Part shown: in pieces, positions 27,685 to 40,497 of the stretch | Position numbering within the stretch: position 1 is the first letter of the stretch | Layout: each line of letters opens with the position of its first letter | NCBI GenBank assembly: GCA_000182565.2 | Contig: KQ257451.1 | Source of the DNA: Spizellomyces punctatus DAOM BR117 | Taxonomy: Eukaryota | DNA: 64,000 bases | Direction: 5' to 3' (one strand) | Position numbers and translations under genes: made by a program | Notes under the pieces: generated by a model | Told to the model about the DNA's origin: nothing | Databases searched by the model: none | Seen by the model: the letters and a program-made list of their open reading frames with translations, nothing else

Positions 27685-30637
27685 TCAAGAGGCGGACTGA
27701 AGAATGTTCGGTTTGTCGATGTCATCCACGGGTGGGGGTTTCATAGGCGGAAGTGGGACGCCAGGATTCATAAACACTACAAAGACACACGAAGAATCAG
27801 GCCAATGCTCTCTCTTCGTTCATTCCACTCACGCAAAGCTCGTAACAGCCATGAACTCACTCTAACATTACGTACCTGGATAGGGGGGCGGGACTCCAGG
27901 CATCCCATATGGAGGTACACTTCCAGGAGGGAACATTCCGGGAAGGAGTGGCGGTTGCGGGGGGAACTGCGAGGCTCCAGGTGGCAGCAAATGGGGGGGA
28001 ATGAACGGCACTGGTCCATTGGGAAGAAAAGGAGGCACGCTGGGTCGCATGGCCACGGGAGGATGCTGCAAGCCCTGCTTCATTGATATAAGACAGATAC
28101 GTCAGTTGCCTGATGAGATGTAGAGGGTCGATCACAGATGCTCACATGGCCCAATCCTGGCCGAATTGGATGTCCCATGGTGCCGAACGGAGGAACAAAC
28201 ATAACATTCGGTGCAGCAGGTGGAACTCGAGTATCTACGAGCAGTTGAACCTTAGCATACTTCTCGTCAAAGCACTCAAGGAATTTACCCTACCTCCCGC
28301 AAGGAAGTCGACAGGATCCACAGGCTGTTTGAGAGGACGTAAGCCATCCTGTGGACTTTGATGATTTTGCTTGGCTTTGCTAGCAGCTTGAATCATTGCG
28401 GTTAACTGAGATGTCGGATCGTCGGGAAGACCCATATTCATGGTGCTGCGATACAACGATTGAGCTGGAGGGCGTGGGCCCTGCTCACGTTCATAAAATT
28501 GGGATTGTGGCGGAATTGAATTTGTATGATGTACGGACGGGTGATCGGATGAATGGGTGCGGAGCACAGCCGACTGGTTCATATGCTGATGCTTTTGTCG
28601 CACACTTTGTGGCTCTTCATTCACAATAGGGGTCTAGCAAAGGCAAGTGAGTCTCACAAATTAGAGTAAAATCATGGGACTGATTCGTACCTGGCTCATT
28701 CCAAAGAATGCGAGCTTCTCCATCACGCGGTTGATGCCCGCTCGATCTTCCTCTGACGGATCGGCTCTTACCGGATGTACGCGACGATGATCCACCGCTA
28801 CGTCCCGAAGTGATGTGCTGCTCTCATTCAGATAGCTGGGTGCCATTGAATCTGCATTCCCTGAACCTATTTGCTTGCTTTTGTAACGGGTAATAATGTC
28901 TTCTTCCGCCAAAAGTACCCGCTGCTTTGCACGATAGCGGGAGATGACATCGTCTTCACTTAAAACGTGGCGGGGGCCGGGCAGAACTCCGGAAGACGTG
29001 CTCTGCTCGACGTGGTGTTGTGAGAAAAGGTGAGAGCGTGAAGATTGGTCCCGAAGCCCGGCAGCACCTGCGTCAAACAGGTCGGAAATGCCAATCCGTT
29101 GCATGTTCTCGTTAGCTTGTTCAGGCCTAAGCACCGATAACATCTGGGAGTCGGTTTCTGGTTCATCACTCCAAAAGCGAGCAAATCGCGATCGTTCGGA
29201 AAACTTGTGCCCGGAAACGGCCTGTTCACTCTTCCGCCCTTCGAAAAGCTCCCCAACATCTACTTTGTTCAAGTCAAAGCCCATATCAAAAAAGGAATCT
29301 ACGCCATCACTCTCCTTGGCTACTGATTGAGGCGCCTTGTTACTGGGCACTAATTCTTCTGCAGGAGCGCCTTTCACCCTCTCATCACCTGCTTCCAATC
29401 TCGCCAACCGCTCACGATTCCTCATTTGCGCCTTGAAACGCTGTATGTCATCCTCACCGGACGCAGAAGAGTGAGGTTCATTTGAAGGGCTGCTGGTACT
29501 CTCCAATTTTAATTTTTCCGTATCCGCCGTCATCCACTCTGGTTGTTGGTCGCGGACCTGCCGGCGTGTACTACCCGAATAGCGACTTTCCAGGACTGCC
29601 TTGCCCATCGCCGAACGAGCAGAAGGGCCTGAGTGAAAATGCAAGAATTGATCAAGGTCTAAACTGAAGTCAAGGCGCTTCTGGCTGAAAGAGTGGTGGT
29701 ACCTTCCATGCGATCTCTCCACGAACCGGGTTCCCCTGTTCTAGTTTTGGAAGTCGATCCTGAACTGTTTACTCGGTCGGAGTCCCGCGCCATTTTGTCA
29801 CTATCTCGCCCACTGGTTGACCTTTCCGAACTGCGTGTCCCCCGGTCCGATGAGCGGTCAGATACGCTTAAGCGCCTTTGGGGAGGTTCACTCGTTGGGA
29901 TGGCCGTCGCGCCGTTTTCTCGTACTTTGGTGTTGTTTTGGTTGCTTTGGCGTGACGCCATGCGCTCTGCAACCGAATACTGAAAAGCGCCATCGTATCA
30001 ATCGACAGTATCAACACAAAATGGCGCGCACACCACATACCTTCGGAGGCCTGGGAAAGTCTTCAACAGGTTTTGCACCGGATTTAGATTCAACATGATC
30101 TACAGGCTTATTACCAGTGGATTGGGCGGACGCGAAGTTCATCTTTGGGGGCCCAAAGACAATAGTTTTTTCTCCAACAGCTGCAGATGCAGATCAGGAA
30201 AGGCCATATGTTGTACGAAAGAATCAAGGCCTAGTCGTGCTCACCAGATGTCCGTGGTAAGGACCCAGATGTAGAAGGCTTTGAGCGAAGCGAGTGAAGA
30301 TCCACGTCTCCCACCCTATCTGCGGTTGCTTCTCCATTTTTAGCATGAGACCGTGGCTTTCCCTCAAGGGCGTCCCCTTTACTTGTACCATCACTGGTCT
30401 TATTCACAGCGCGTATCTGAGAAACACTGATATGGTAGGAATAGGAATGTTGCAGTTAGATGGGGTAATCAGTGCTAGAACAAGGAAGTAGCGCATCAAC
30501 ACCGCCAATTCTGTGTACCTCATCAACTCAGCAACATTCGGCAAGCATTCTGGTTTCTGGACCAGCGGGCTATGCTGCAACTCCAGCAGAAGGCTTCGTG
30601 GGTAGCGTATAATGGTGGCCTCTCCAGAACTCGACAT
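27685..30637 (-). CDS. eIF4E-binding protein, 4E-T (EIF4ENIF1)/Eap1-like, multi-exon, largely disordered
   Basis: N-terminal YPRSLLL (YxxxxL-phi); GPPKMNFAS; QQPEWM; DDIQRFKAQM; SRFARFW; Pro/Gln-rich C-terminus. Confidence 0.7.
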
Positions 30638-32248
30638 CACGGATCTATGACCTAGTAGAGGGGTTCGGGGTAAAAAGAAGAGACGGATTTCGATGCTCGC
30701 AACAATGTGCCAAGTCCAACGTGTTGATGAGGATGTCTGGGGAGAGCAATAAGGTGATGTTCAAGTGGCAATTCAGGCCAAATTCAACCTAGATTTCGAC
30801 AAGAGTTACGACAGGCAAGTTCCCTGGCGCACCTGACTCCTCGAGCATCACGTGACTGATTTGCCAATGCGCGTCCGATCGCTTACTCGCATTTGCTGGT
30901 GAAGGATGTCCTTGGACGTCTCTTGCCCTGCACAGGGTGGGCTTACTTCAACTGAGCACGGTTTGCTTATCCTCCTTATTCTAGCTGCTGGTGTATTTTC
31001 GGATGGAAACCATCCTCTGGCTATCGGCGGGATGCGATCCCAGACTGTTTACTGATAGTGCTAATATGCTGCCGGCGAGGTCCCATCGATAGTATCTATT
31101 GAAATCCTGAACTCCTTCCTCCCTTCGCGCTAAGCTGTCTTGATCCATCTAATTATGAATCTACGGATGGTGATGGGACTGAGTGACAAAGAGAAACCAA
31201 GCAGGTGAGTGGGACAAAGAAAGAAGCAATGCTCAATACAATGACCGAGCTTGGTATTGAAACACTTGGGGCAGAATAACATTGATATGCCATAATCCTA
31301 CCATCTCTCAGAAAAATCCGAATATCCAGACTTGAAAATATTTTAGTTGAAGGTACTAGCGGCAGTTCAGTTCCGTGGTCCTACAAATCTCTAGTGAATT
31401 GCACTATGCTCTACGTCACCCCAGCACTGGTGACATAGGGCATCATGGTGTCCCCGGAAAGTAGCACATCTGTATCCTGTGTTTGAGTCTCACAGAGGAG
31501 AAAAAGAAAAAAAGCATCGTTCCAAAACTACGACCCACAACGAATTATCATAATGGACGATGATCAACCGTTCCACGTAACCTTAAAGTACATATCTTCG
31601 GCGAAGGCGTGTCACCACAGGATTAAAAGCAGCTTCGCAGAAAGGTGGACGTTTTCATTTTTTAACAAAGATCGTGAGTTACCAAGTTGTTGCTCCGGTT
31701 GCAACTTTGCGCGAAGGTGCATAGTTTTCCTTTGCCCAATGCTTATCAGGGTCTTAATCAGATCAATGTGAAGCAACGGATCATCTCGTCTGCGCTTTCG
31801 ATATACGATAAAGGAATATAGGATGCTTTTCTTCTGGTGGCATGGACCAAGTTCCGAGAGTGCCAAAGGCATATGATTGAAAGTGGCATATGTATTTCGT
31901 TGACGATCGGGGTACTGGATATGTGATGCATGTGTATAATGAACTAACCTAGCCACTAGCCACGTCCCCTAGGCCACTCCGTCAATCTAACATAGCCATC
32001 CATGCGACGAAAAATCCTCAACCTCTGCAGCAGAGGCAGGTGTTTTCCCCTGAGCTCCGTGCTAGGCCAAAATCGCGGAATATAATTGACACGGCAACGT
32101 AGATTAACTCGTATTTCACGCCAAACTGGCTCACGTCAAAAACTGTCGGACCAAGCAGCATCAATTTCAGGTGTCGATGCATAGGTAGCAAGCGGGCGGA
32201 TTGCCGAAGTGACCGTGTCTTTGCAGTCGACAGTCGACGTCACCTCAG

Positions 32249-32850
32249 CTAAGTTCCCCCATGAGACCTTTCTTGTTGTAACTTCCGAAGCCGATTGAAG
32301 ATTTCATGTTTCTCTGCCTTCAACTCCTCAAGTTTTCGGTGCACATCCTCTTCAGATAAGACGCCCCGCATGGCCAATGTCCGCAGATCCACATTGCTCG
32401 CTTTGACGGAGACCTGTGTAGCTTGGTCATCATTTTTTATTCCGCCGTCACTGAGAGGTGGTACAGCCTCTACGTTATCATGTATTGAAGTGTCGAAACC
32501 TTCGTAAGAGTTTGCCCAGCTTAGTTCAGCATGACTGAGTTCATTGCCCGGCTATAGGACAACATACCGGATTTCTCCTTCAATTGGGGGGTGGGAGGGA
32601 TAACCTCTTGGCCAGCATTAGCAACACCTAGTATCTCGGTTGAAGATACAACTTGTTTATCCACGGCGGTTCTACTGGGTGGTGCTCCATATTCTCCGTC
32701 ACCAGCTTCAGAGCCTGCTTCAGTTGGTGCTGCGCGTTGTTGCAGCGTACGTCGAATTATGACCTTTCGCACAGGATCCGAGACAGGAGCAGGAGGAGGA
32801 TAAGCAAACGTTGAAGGACTGGAGCTCTCAAAAGGGAAATCCCACGACAT
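32249..32850 (-). CDS. Hypothetical protein, 2 exons, C-terminal coiled coil
   Basis: MSWDFPFE...EKS|GFDTSIHD...EEDVHRKLEELKAEKHEIFNRLRKLQQERSHGGT*; phase-consistent GT-AG intron. Confidence 0.6.
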
Positions 32851-33008
32851 CTCTTCCGTTGGCCTCTTGAGAACGATCGTCGCCTCCAGTGCTTGCGTAA
32901 GGGGGTGTCACATGATTTTGTTGCCATAGCAAAGTGTGTCATCAGTGAGTAAGCGCCGTTGAACTGGTTGCTCAACACCGTCCTCCCCCGTCATCGTAAC
33001 TGACAAGC

Positions 33009-36000
33009 ATGGCAAGTTTAGTGGGTGCGCCAGCCGTGCCTTCACCTGCTCCACAAAATATTGGCATACCATCACCGCCTTCACTTCCTGCGCTGGTAGG
33101 CCCATGTCTTCCTCATCGCGTTCACCCCATCTACGGCTCGTTCCACTTTCCACAATGCGATGGAATCTTGCCAACCCTCCATAGCGCGTCTACTATCTCG
33201 TCGTCAGCAGCACAGTCGGCAACGCATTCCGAGTCGTTTCAGGAGACTGCTGAACGAGAACTTGTGGAGGCGGTCATGTCTGGCGATGTTTCGAGGGTGT
33301 CCGACCTTTTGAAAACACAGGGAAAGCAGAACCTTGAAATTCAGGAACAAGACTCTTTCAAAGAATTTTCATCTGGCAGAGGCGTTTCGAACGCTACAGG
33401 GTTGGGATTAGTACACTATGCTGCCTCACGTGGACATTTGGAAGTGCTTCAACTGTTGGTCGAAAGAACGTCCCTGGTGGATGTTGACGTCAAAGACCGC
33501 GAAGGCGAGGTAATGCACACTTCATAGATATTCAATACCCTGAACTCTATTTCATACTTCTGTGCACCAGACACCTCTATTAAAAGCAGCGTACAACGGT
33601 CACACACAAGTCGTACGATATCTCCTCTCAAAGAATGCAAATGTCAACCAACAAGACAGTGACGGGTGGTCAGCACTGCATAACTGCGCATCGCGAGGTC
33701 ATCTATTTGCAGCAAGAGCAATCATTGAAGGTGGCGCAGACGTCAACGCCAAAAGCCGAACAGGCCACACCCCATTAAGTGCGTTCCTTGAGTGTGAATA
33801 CGATTGTTCATGTGTTAACGTACGATCGCTGTTGTAGTGAGTGCGAGCGCTAAGGGATTTCTGGATTTAGTGGAACTGCTTTTAAACAACAAGGCTGACC
33901 CGCTTGTGAAGAACAATTTTGGAGACACCGCGTATGACTTGGCTGCTCAATCGGAGGAGGCCTACATTTGTGAAGTGCTACAAGTGTCGGAACAGGATAC
34001 CTTGGAGCGGCTATCCAGGGATCAAGGTAAGGTGGTGGTGCTGAAACTGTTCCAGGAGTGCGAAGCCTCACCCTTGGTCAGCAGGGCAACGTGGGTCAAA
34101 GCACCCACTAATGGCTCAGCACAATACGGTTGTTGAAGTGATTCATGAGAACCAGCGATCAGGGTTCCTCTCCCGACAATTTTCTGTGGCAAATTTAAGT
34201 AAGAATGACATCCGAGGTCCATGGTCTAGTTCGGCAGGGCGCCCATGCACTCTTGAAGATGTGCATTTACCGCTAGTGCGAAACCCGCAGTCGGGGCAGC
34301 TGGTCAGGGGATGGTTTTGGTTGACGGATTGGCGTGTGGACACCAAGCATCCGAGAGTAGACCCTGTGGAAGGCTGGCAGGTAAGCTTGGTAGTGAATCA
34401 TGAGATCAAAAAACGTCGGCTGAATCGCTGCACGTCAGTATGCCAAAGCATTTGAGGAACCAGACGCACAATGGACAGCAGCACCAATTGGTTCGACCTT
34501 GGCGATGACTGGTTGGGTGCGGCGCAGACGGTGGATCCGTGTTCGCAAGCGAAGAGTCGATGATACATCTGGCAGCAGGGGAGAGCAAGATGCCGATGGT
34601 ATTGATGCCACTGGCGACTATGTCGCTCGGGCGCAAGCTCTTGTGCAGAATATTCCGCAAGATGCAAACGAAGGTGACATGCATATGGTGAAAGATGAGC
34701 TACAATCATATGAGGAAGCCATTGCGATGCTTCTTACCGGCATCAAAAGTATGTTGACACTGCAATCCTTCAAAGAAGTCTCCCGCCTAATACATCATTC
34801 AGGCGAAAAACGTGCGGATGTCAAACGAATGGCTTCTTCGCTGGTCACTTCATATTTGGAGCATGCTGAACAGCTAAATACCCTCATCAATACGGTCGCA
34901 GAGGGAGAGGAGGAGGAGGAGGGGAAATCTACGGGTTCACCAGCAGCATCCAGCTCTAAAGGCAAATTACCTTTAGGAGGGAATGGTGGTGAGTGACACG
35001 TAGCCTTTTTTTGAGATGATTTATCCATAGAGCTTGTTAACATGCATTGAAGGGCAGCCCTCGACACAGGTAAATCAAATAGTTGAAAGCATGCCGGATA
35101 CACAGGAGCGGCCGGAGGTCCTTGACGAACACGCCCAACCTCCATCGCCTCTACCCTTTGGAGAGGCGCGATCAATGGCAATCTCGACCCCAATTAATCC
35201 CCTCAGTGGAACTACTTCTTCTGCACCGCTTGCCATGTCACCGATATCATCATGGCAACCTGATGACGAAGCTCCCCAATGTTCGCAATGTCAGCGCCGC
35301 TTTACGATATGGCTGCGAAGACATCACTGCCGGTATGTTCGGGTCGTCGCATTGCATTTTCCAGTGTTGAACTCGCTGTACACATGGTTGACGCGCTTCT
35401 TAGGTGGTGCGGCCGTATTTTCTGTGCGAATTGCACCGCATCCAGGCTTCCTCTATTTCCCAACACCGCACCCCATCGGGTCTGTGACTCCTGCTTTGAC
35501 TATCTTTCGAACCGCAATGCCCATTCCACACCCCCCTCCACCCCAACACATATGGGCGATCCCCCGTCACCGTCACGATCGGCGTATTCGGCCGCTGAGA
35601 GCATCATGAATGAGTGTCCTGTTTGTCAAGCCAGTCTAGACAACCAAAATATGTCCGAAGAGGAAATGGAGGCACATGTTGCAGATTGCTTGGATAGAGT
35701 CGCCACTGGACGGGGACAAGGGCAGTTGATCAGCGGCAATCGTTATGTGGGTGGGTAAATTGTTATTAGGCCTCAAGAACTGTTTAGAGCCTCTCAATGT
35801 AACCTGGTGGTGTCCCACATTAGTCCAGATTCTGAAAGAGGACCTTCCGAATAGGGAGTGCGCAATCTGCTTTGAGGAATTTCTGCAAGGTGTGATGCGC
35901 AATCGGCCGGTCTATCGCCTTTGACTTCTTGCCAGTCGTATTTACTAAGCTTCGAAATAGGGCAACGAATAGCGCGATTGAATTGTCTCTGTTTATATCA

Positions 36001-36073
36001 CCAGCATTGCATTGAAGCTTGGTTTACGAATCCGAATTTCGGCAGCCGGGCCTGCCCTGTACATTTCAAATAA
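33009..36073 (+). CDS. Ankyrin-DysF-MIT-like-FYVE-RING-H2 protein (Pib1-like E3 ubiquitin ligase with a long N-terminal extension)
   Basis: Ankyrin repeats (TPLLKAAYNGH, GWSALHNCASRGH); DysF (IHENQR...GWFWLTDWRVD...EGWQYA...VRRRRWIRVR); MIT-like helices; FYVE (WQPD..RRHHCRWCGRIFC..RVCDSC); ECPVC..HVADC; RING-H2 ECAICFEEF..RLNCLCLYHQHCI..CPVH. Confidence 0.85.
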
Positions 36074-36177
36074 TAGTGGACAGGAAGAAAAGTAGTTTCC
36101 GTTATCGTATATAGGGAGCAGAGGCGGCATGCTTGCCAAATCACATTGATCTATTATCGAAACACCCAATATTAAAT

Positions 36178-37423
36178 TTATGCTCCAAAGCGTTGCTGAC
36201 AACTGGCGTATTGTTTCATGCCTCTTCTATACCCCATAAATGACAATTCCCCTTGCACCGCACTGTATCACACAGATTATCAGGAGAAACGACAATAAGT
36301 GGAATACGAAGGTCATCTACAAACCAGAATTCAGAGAGACGGATATTCCATGGACAGAGGTTCCCGATTTCAACGAAATTTGATTGGCAGCCAACCACAT
36401 AGATTAATTCAGGTTCTGGAAACTGGTTCAGATCGGGGCTATCTGTGGTATTTGTTATAAGGAGAGGGGCACCGGAAGGAGCCGTGTTCTGGAATAAAGA
36501 AACTGTCACGTACCAGCCTTTATGAGCTTGTCTATCAGGTCCACGTCTGCAGTGAGGTGAACGGGGTTGTCAGCACGAGAAGCCGCGAGCGCTTGCCGTG
36601 CCAGTGTTCTGGCTACGCGAACGAGCGAATTTCGCCCATCGGACGCCGAAATAAGATTCACCAACAGGTCTACATCAAAGTATGAAAATAATGCGAGGAA
36701 TTACAATAACAAACTTCCCCCTTACCAACATGTCGCCCGCTTTCTGAATTTTTATTTGACGACGTCGATGGTTGTGGTTCATCGGTAGGTCGACGGACAC
36801 CATGTGGATCCAAATCTATTCCTTCATCCAGGATAGTCCGCTCTCTTTGGGTACGATCTATTGGCGAACCAGATACCAAGAACTGGATGCTTGCTTTTGC
36901 TTGCACCGGTGGATCAGCACTCTCTCGACAGAAGTCAAGCTTGTCGACAATTTGCGCCAAACTTGCAGCATGGGATTTTAATAATCCTGCATACGTTTGA
37001 GAGCTATGATTAATTTGAAAATTGAAAAGCTTCAAGAGGTCAGTTTACATTGCAACAATAGTATATATTACCCTTCTCGTCAAACACTGTTAAGCACGCC
37101 ACACCATCGGATAAGCACCACTCCACTATGTTCCCCACTGAATTCATCCAGCTTTGGTACTCGCCGTCTTCGTCGTACGCTGAACTCAAGCTGTGCTGCA
37201 GAGGCCGAAACACTACCGCCACGTGGCGTGGACGCTTTCCGCGCAGTTCGTTGTCCTGGTCCACAGGTTTCTTCGGACCCCAAAAGGCAACCCAAACAGT
37301 GCGGAACCATAGCACAATTGCCAAGAGACGCAGATAAATGAACCTCGACGGGAAAGAGGACACCAGCTGCGAGCCTCCTGAAGGTCTCTGAAGTGCCTGG
37401 GAAGTTACCGGAGGTATTGTCAT
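36178..37423 (-). CDS. NUS1: Dehydrodolichyl diphosphate synthase subunit NUS1 (Nogo-B receptor)
   Basis: KRPRHVAVV, IVEWCLSDGVACLTVFDEKG, PEPELIYV, PWNIRLSEF, last exon QYASCQQRFGA* (RxG motif). An alternative in-frame start lies at 37519. Confidence 0.88.
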
Positions 37424-37784
37424 CTTTGCTCTTGCCCTCGTTCTCTGCTTGTCATGGTGCAAGTCAAAAAGGCCCAAAAAACTTAAGTATGGATGAGGCC
37501 GATGCTGCTGTGCCATCATCCCGGCGCGCGTAGAAATTCACCCGAGATCGTTGGCCACAGGCTCTTCCTCGTGGGATTTGGAGGGAGGGACTTCAGCATT
37601 TGCGGTACTCTACTCGTGCTTGTGTGTCGTGCTTGTGTGTGGGTGCGGGTAGTGTCGTTTTGTCGTTGAGGTTTGCACTCTCCCAGGCCATGGAGGTGGG
37701 GCCATCCACAATCGTGTCTGGTGGTCTGGACATGAGCGTTCCACAACCAAATACGCGATCTCGGTTTTGCATCTCAGCAGCACC

Positions 37785-39450
37785 ATGATACTTTCACCTC
37801 TCCTGCGTCGAAATCTTCAAGAGTGGGGGTTTCCACCTGCACAATTAATATCTAATAGCGGCGCAGAAAGCGCACCTGTCCCGTCAGACGTCTTCAAACC
37901 AGTTGCAGAATTTCTTCTCCTAAGGTGGCACATGATTCTCCCTGTTGAGCCGTGTCCAAACCGCTCACGCAGAGCGTTTTTGATAACTTGAACGTAGATT
38001 TGAACCTTCTTTGAAGAGAATATGCGACGACAGAGGAGTACCAGATTCACAGAGTATATATACTCATCATGTTCATATTGCCAATTGTGTCCGTCCTCAA
38101 GTTGTTTTGCATTTCGCACCAGGGCTACCATTTATGGCGTCCTTGATGGGACTTCGCGATAATTTGGAAACCGAATTATTTGAGGTGGGCATAATTGCAG
38201 CTCTCATGTTTTTCATTATGCGCAGGACGCAAAGGAAGGACAGGCAGTCGGTAACTTTGGCGGCCACACCCTGTTAGGATACAAGCAGGTTGGCAGAGCG
38301 TCAGCACTTTCTGGAAACTCTCTCCTCAATGGTGCGGATGAACGGCTCTATAAAAAATAATACGGACGCAGATGCTTCTCTCGATACTGCGGAGCCGCGC
38401 AAGAGTGGGATGTATGTAATTGCCATTTCAAGACCAGAGGATATTACCTTTACACAATCCACATCAGATCAGTCAGTGCCATAGATCTAGATACTCAGCT
38501 TGCTGAGGATTGCCACTTGCTGGACATTTTCTGCAACTCGCATCTGCCTGTGGCCACTTCTACCGAATGCAATGTTTTTGATAAAAATGTCTTTAACGAA
38601 GCAGTTGGTAACGCTGCAATTGATGAATTCGAGTGAGTATCTTTGGTGAAAACGTCAAGTGTTAAGCTCATTAATCGGATTGCTAGTTCATCAACACTGC
38701 GTCTTTTGAGCGACCGGATAAGCAATGAACAACAGACTCTGCGTCTCGCCACCGACGACCTGCATGCCAAACAAATATTGGTAATTTTGTAGTCTTTCAG
38801 TAGCCTAGAGGTCTCAGCGCATCGTCCATTACCAGTCCGCTAACTCTTTGCTCACGCCAGGTTGACAGGGATGCGCAGGATTACTCTTCGCCAGAGTTTA
38901 TATCCCAACTACAAGCGCTTGCTTTGAGTGTTACCGCACAATTAACGCAAATGGCAAGTCTTTTGGAAGTGGAGGTGATGCCTTCGAAGGCAAACAGTCC
39001 TGGGAGCGTCAGAGCTGGTACAGTTAGCTTTCTTCAAGAGCTGAAGCTTTGGACACTGGAGGTACTCATTTTATGCAAAGTACCAGGGCTCGGTCAAGCC
39101 GTGTCAGCAGCCCATGCGCAGAACCACGTATTTGAAAAGGTCTGTTATGTATACACACTCGCATGGTTAATTACGTTCTGACTGTGGGATAGATTCTACA
39201 TCATGTGCATGCGATTAAGGAGTCCCACGAAGCGAGTTTGCAGGCACTGCAGGTTCTCGAGTCAAATCAACTGTCGCCCGATAATTCCATCGCAGAATCC
39301 AGATCACCGGGGACAAGCGCAGCTGTCGAAGAATTGCTATCGAGACTGCAAGAATCTCTTTCTCTGCGGGAGGAGATACTAGATGATATGCGCAAGCTGG
39401 AGGGAATGGCGCTGGAGGGAACGAGAACTGAGTCGCCAATTCCGTTGTAA
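37785..39450 (+). CDS. HAUS augmin-like complex subunit 7 (HAUS7/AUG7)-like, multi-exon
   Basis: Spliced segments LQEWGFP, AEFLLLRFEP, RLPFMASLMGL, ERQHFLETLSSMV, LDTQLAEDCHLLDIF..TECNVF, PGLGQAV...ILHHVHAIKESH resemble, in order, conserved blocks of plant AUG7 as I recall them. Confidence 0.6.
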
Positions 39451-40497
39451 TTTTGTTAACTAGAGATACTTAAAGCACGAGTAACTAGCTCATGCTTAAT
39501 GTACATTACTTTTGACCTGGTGCCCATGCTACATTACTATTTGCCGTGGTCAGTCGAAACAGATTTGTGCCCTTGCATTGAGAAAACTCTTACCGTGAAA
39601 AAAGGGCAAAGATGTACGCAACAAAAAGAGACCATGCAAGAGAGGATGAACTCCGTAGAGATCTAGTGACTTGAAATGGCCACTGCCAGCATCATGCTTA
39701 CCAGTGTGCCTTTGAACCGACGGTCGAAGCTATACCTGAGACGATTCTTCCGAACAGGGAGAAGCAGATCCTTCGGTCCGGCGAGGTGCATTACTACTAT
39801 GTATACCCGTACGCTTTCCTTGTGACATTCGGCGTGCACAATTACCAGTGTATTTATTCCTTCCAGTCACGATGTAGGCGGGGGTTCGGATGCGAAAGAA
39901 TGACATTGAAGTCATGAAATGATGCAACGATGGCTAGTGGGCTGTGGTTGGTTTCAGGGGTTTTGAATACAAAGCATCCTTAGACGATCCGTACAGGAAT
40001 GTCAGATAGGGGAGGCTTTGTGACACCCAGGTTAATGGCCGATGGGAGGAATCAACGCATGCAGGGGGACAATCCCTCGTTTTGAAGTATGAAGATCTTC
40101 TCCACCGCTCCTATAACTTTCAGGGAGAGTATAAGGGGAGCACAGCTTCGTACTTGAATTGTTCCCTGTCGGCTGTGGAGCACTCGAGAATATGCGTAAA
40201 TCAACGAAACTAAACCTTTATACCCAGTTAACCACGCATTCCCCTTTGGAGACAAAATGCTATTTACCGTCAATGGCCTGAAAATTTATAAATTCTGGGA
40301 AGCCATGAGGCTGGTGGATACACGTAGTCGGGATTACGCCTTCATAGGCATAAATATGCTCTCTAGCTGTAATATTGAATACATGTCTGCCCTAAGGTTC
40401 TAAAGCCTCAGCCTCACATCAAATATCGAAGATGACAGCAGGGCTATTTGATGCCCACGCCACAAGGGTATCGTCACAATGATAGAATGGCTGCGTC

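Noticed and set aside
30700-32200. 1.5-kb gap checked for ncRNA, transposon or small gene
   Set aside because: No tRNA/snRNA/snoRNA signature, terminal repeats or convincing ORF seen by eye; an Rfam scan would be needed.
39600-40300. Exon-like fragment (CAFEPTVEAIPETILPNREKQ...) between HAUS7-like and ARMT1
   Set aside because: Downstream frames stop quickly and no homology was recognised.
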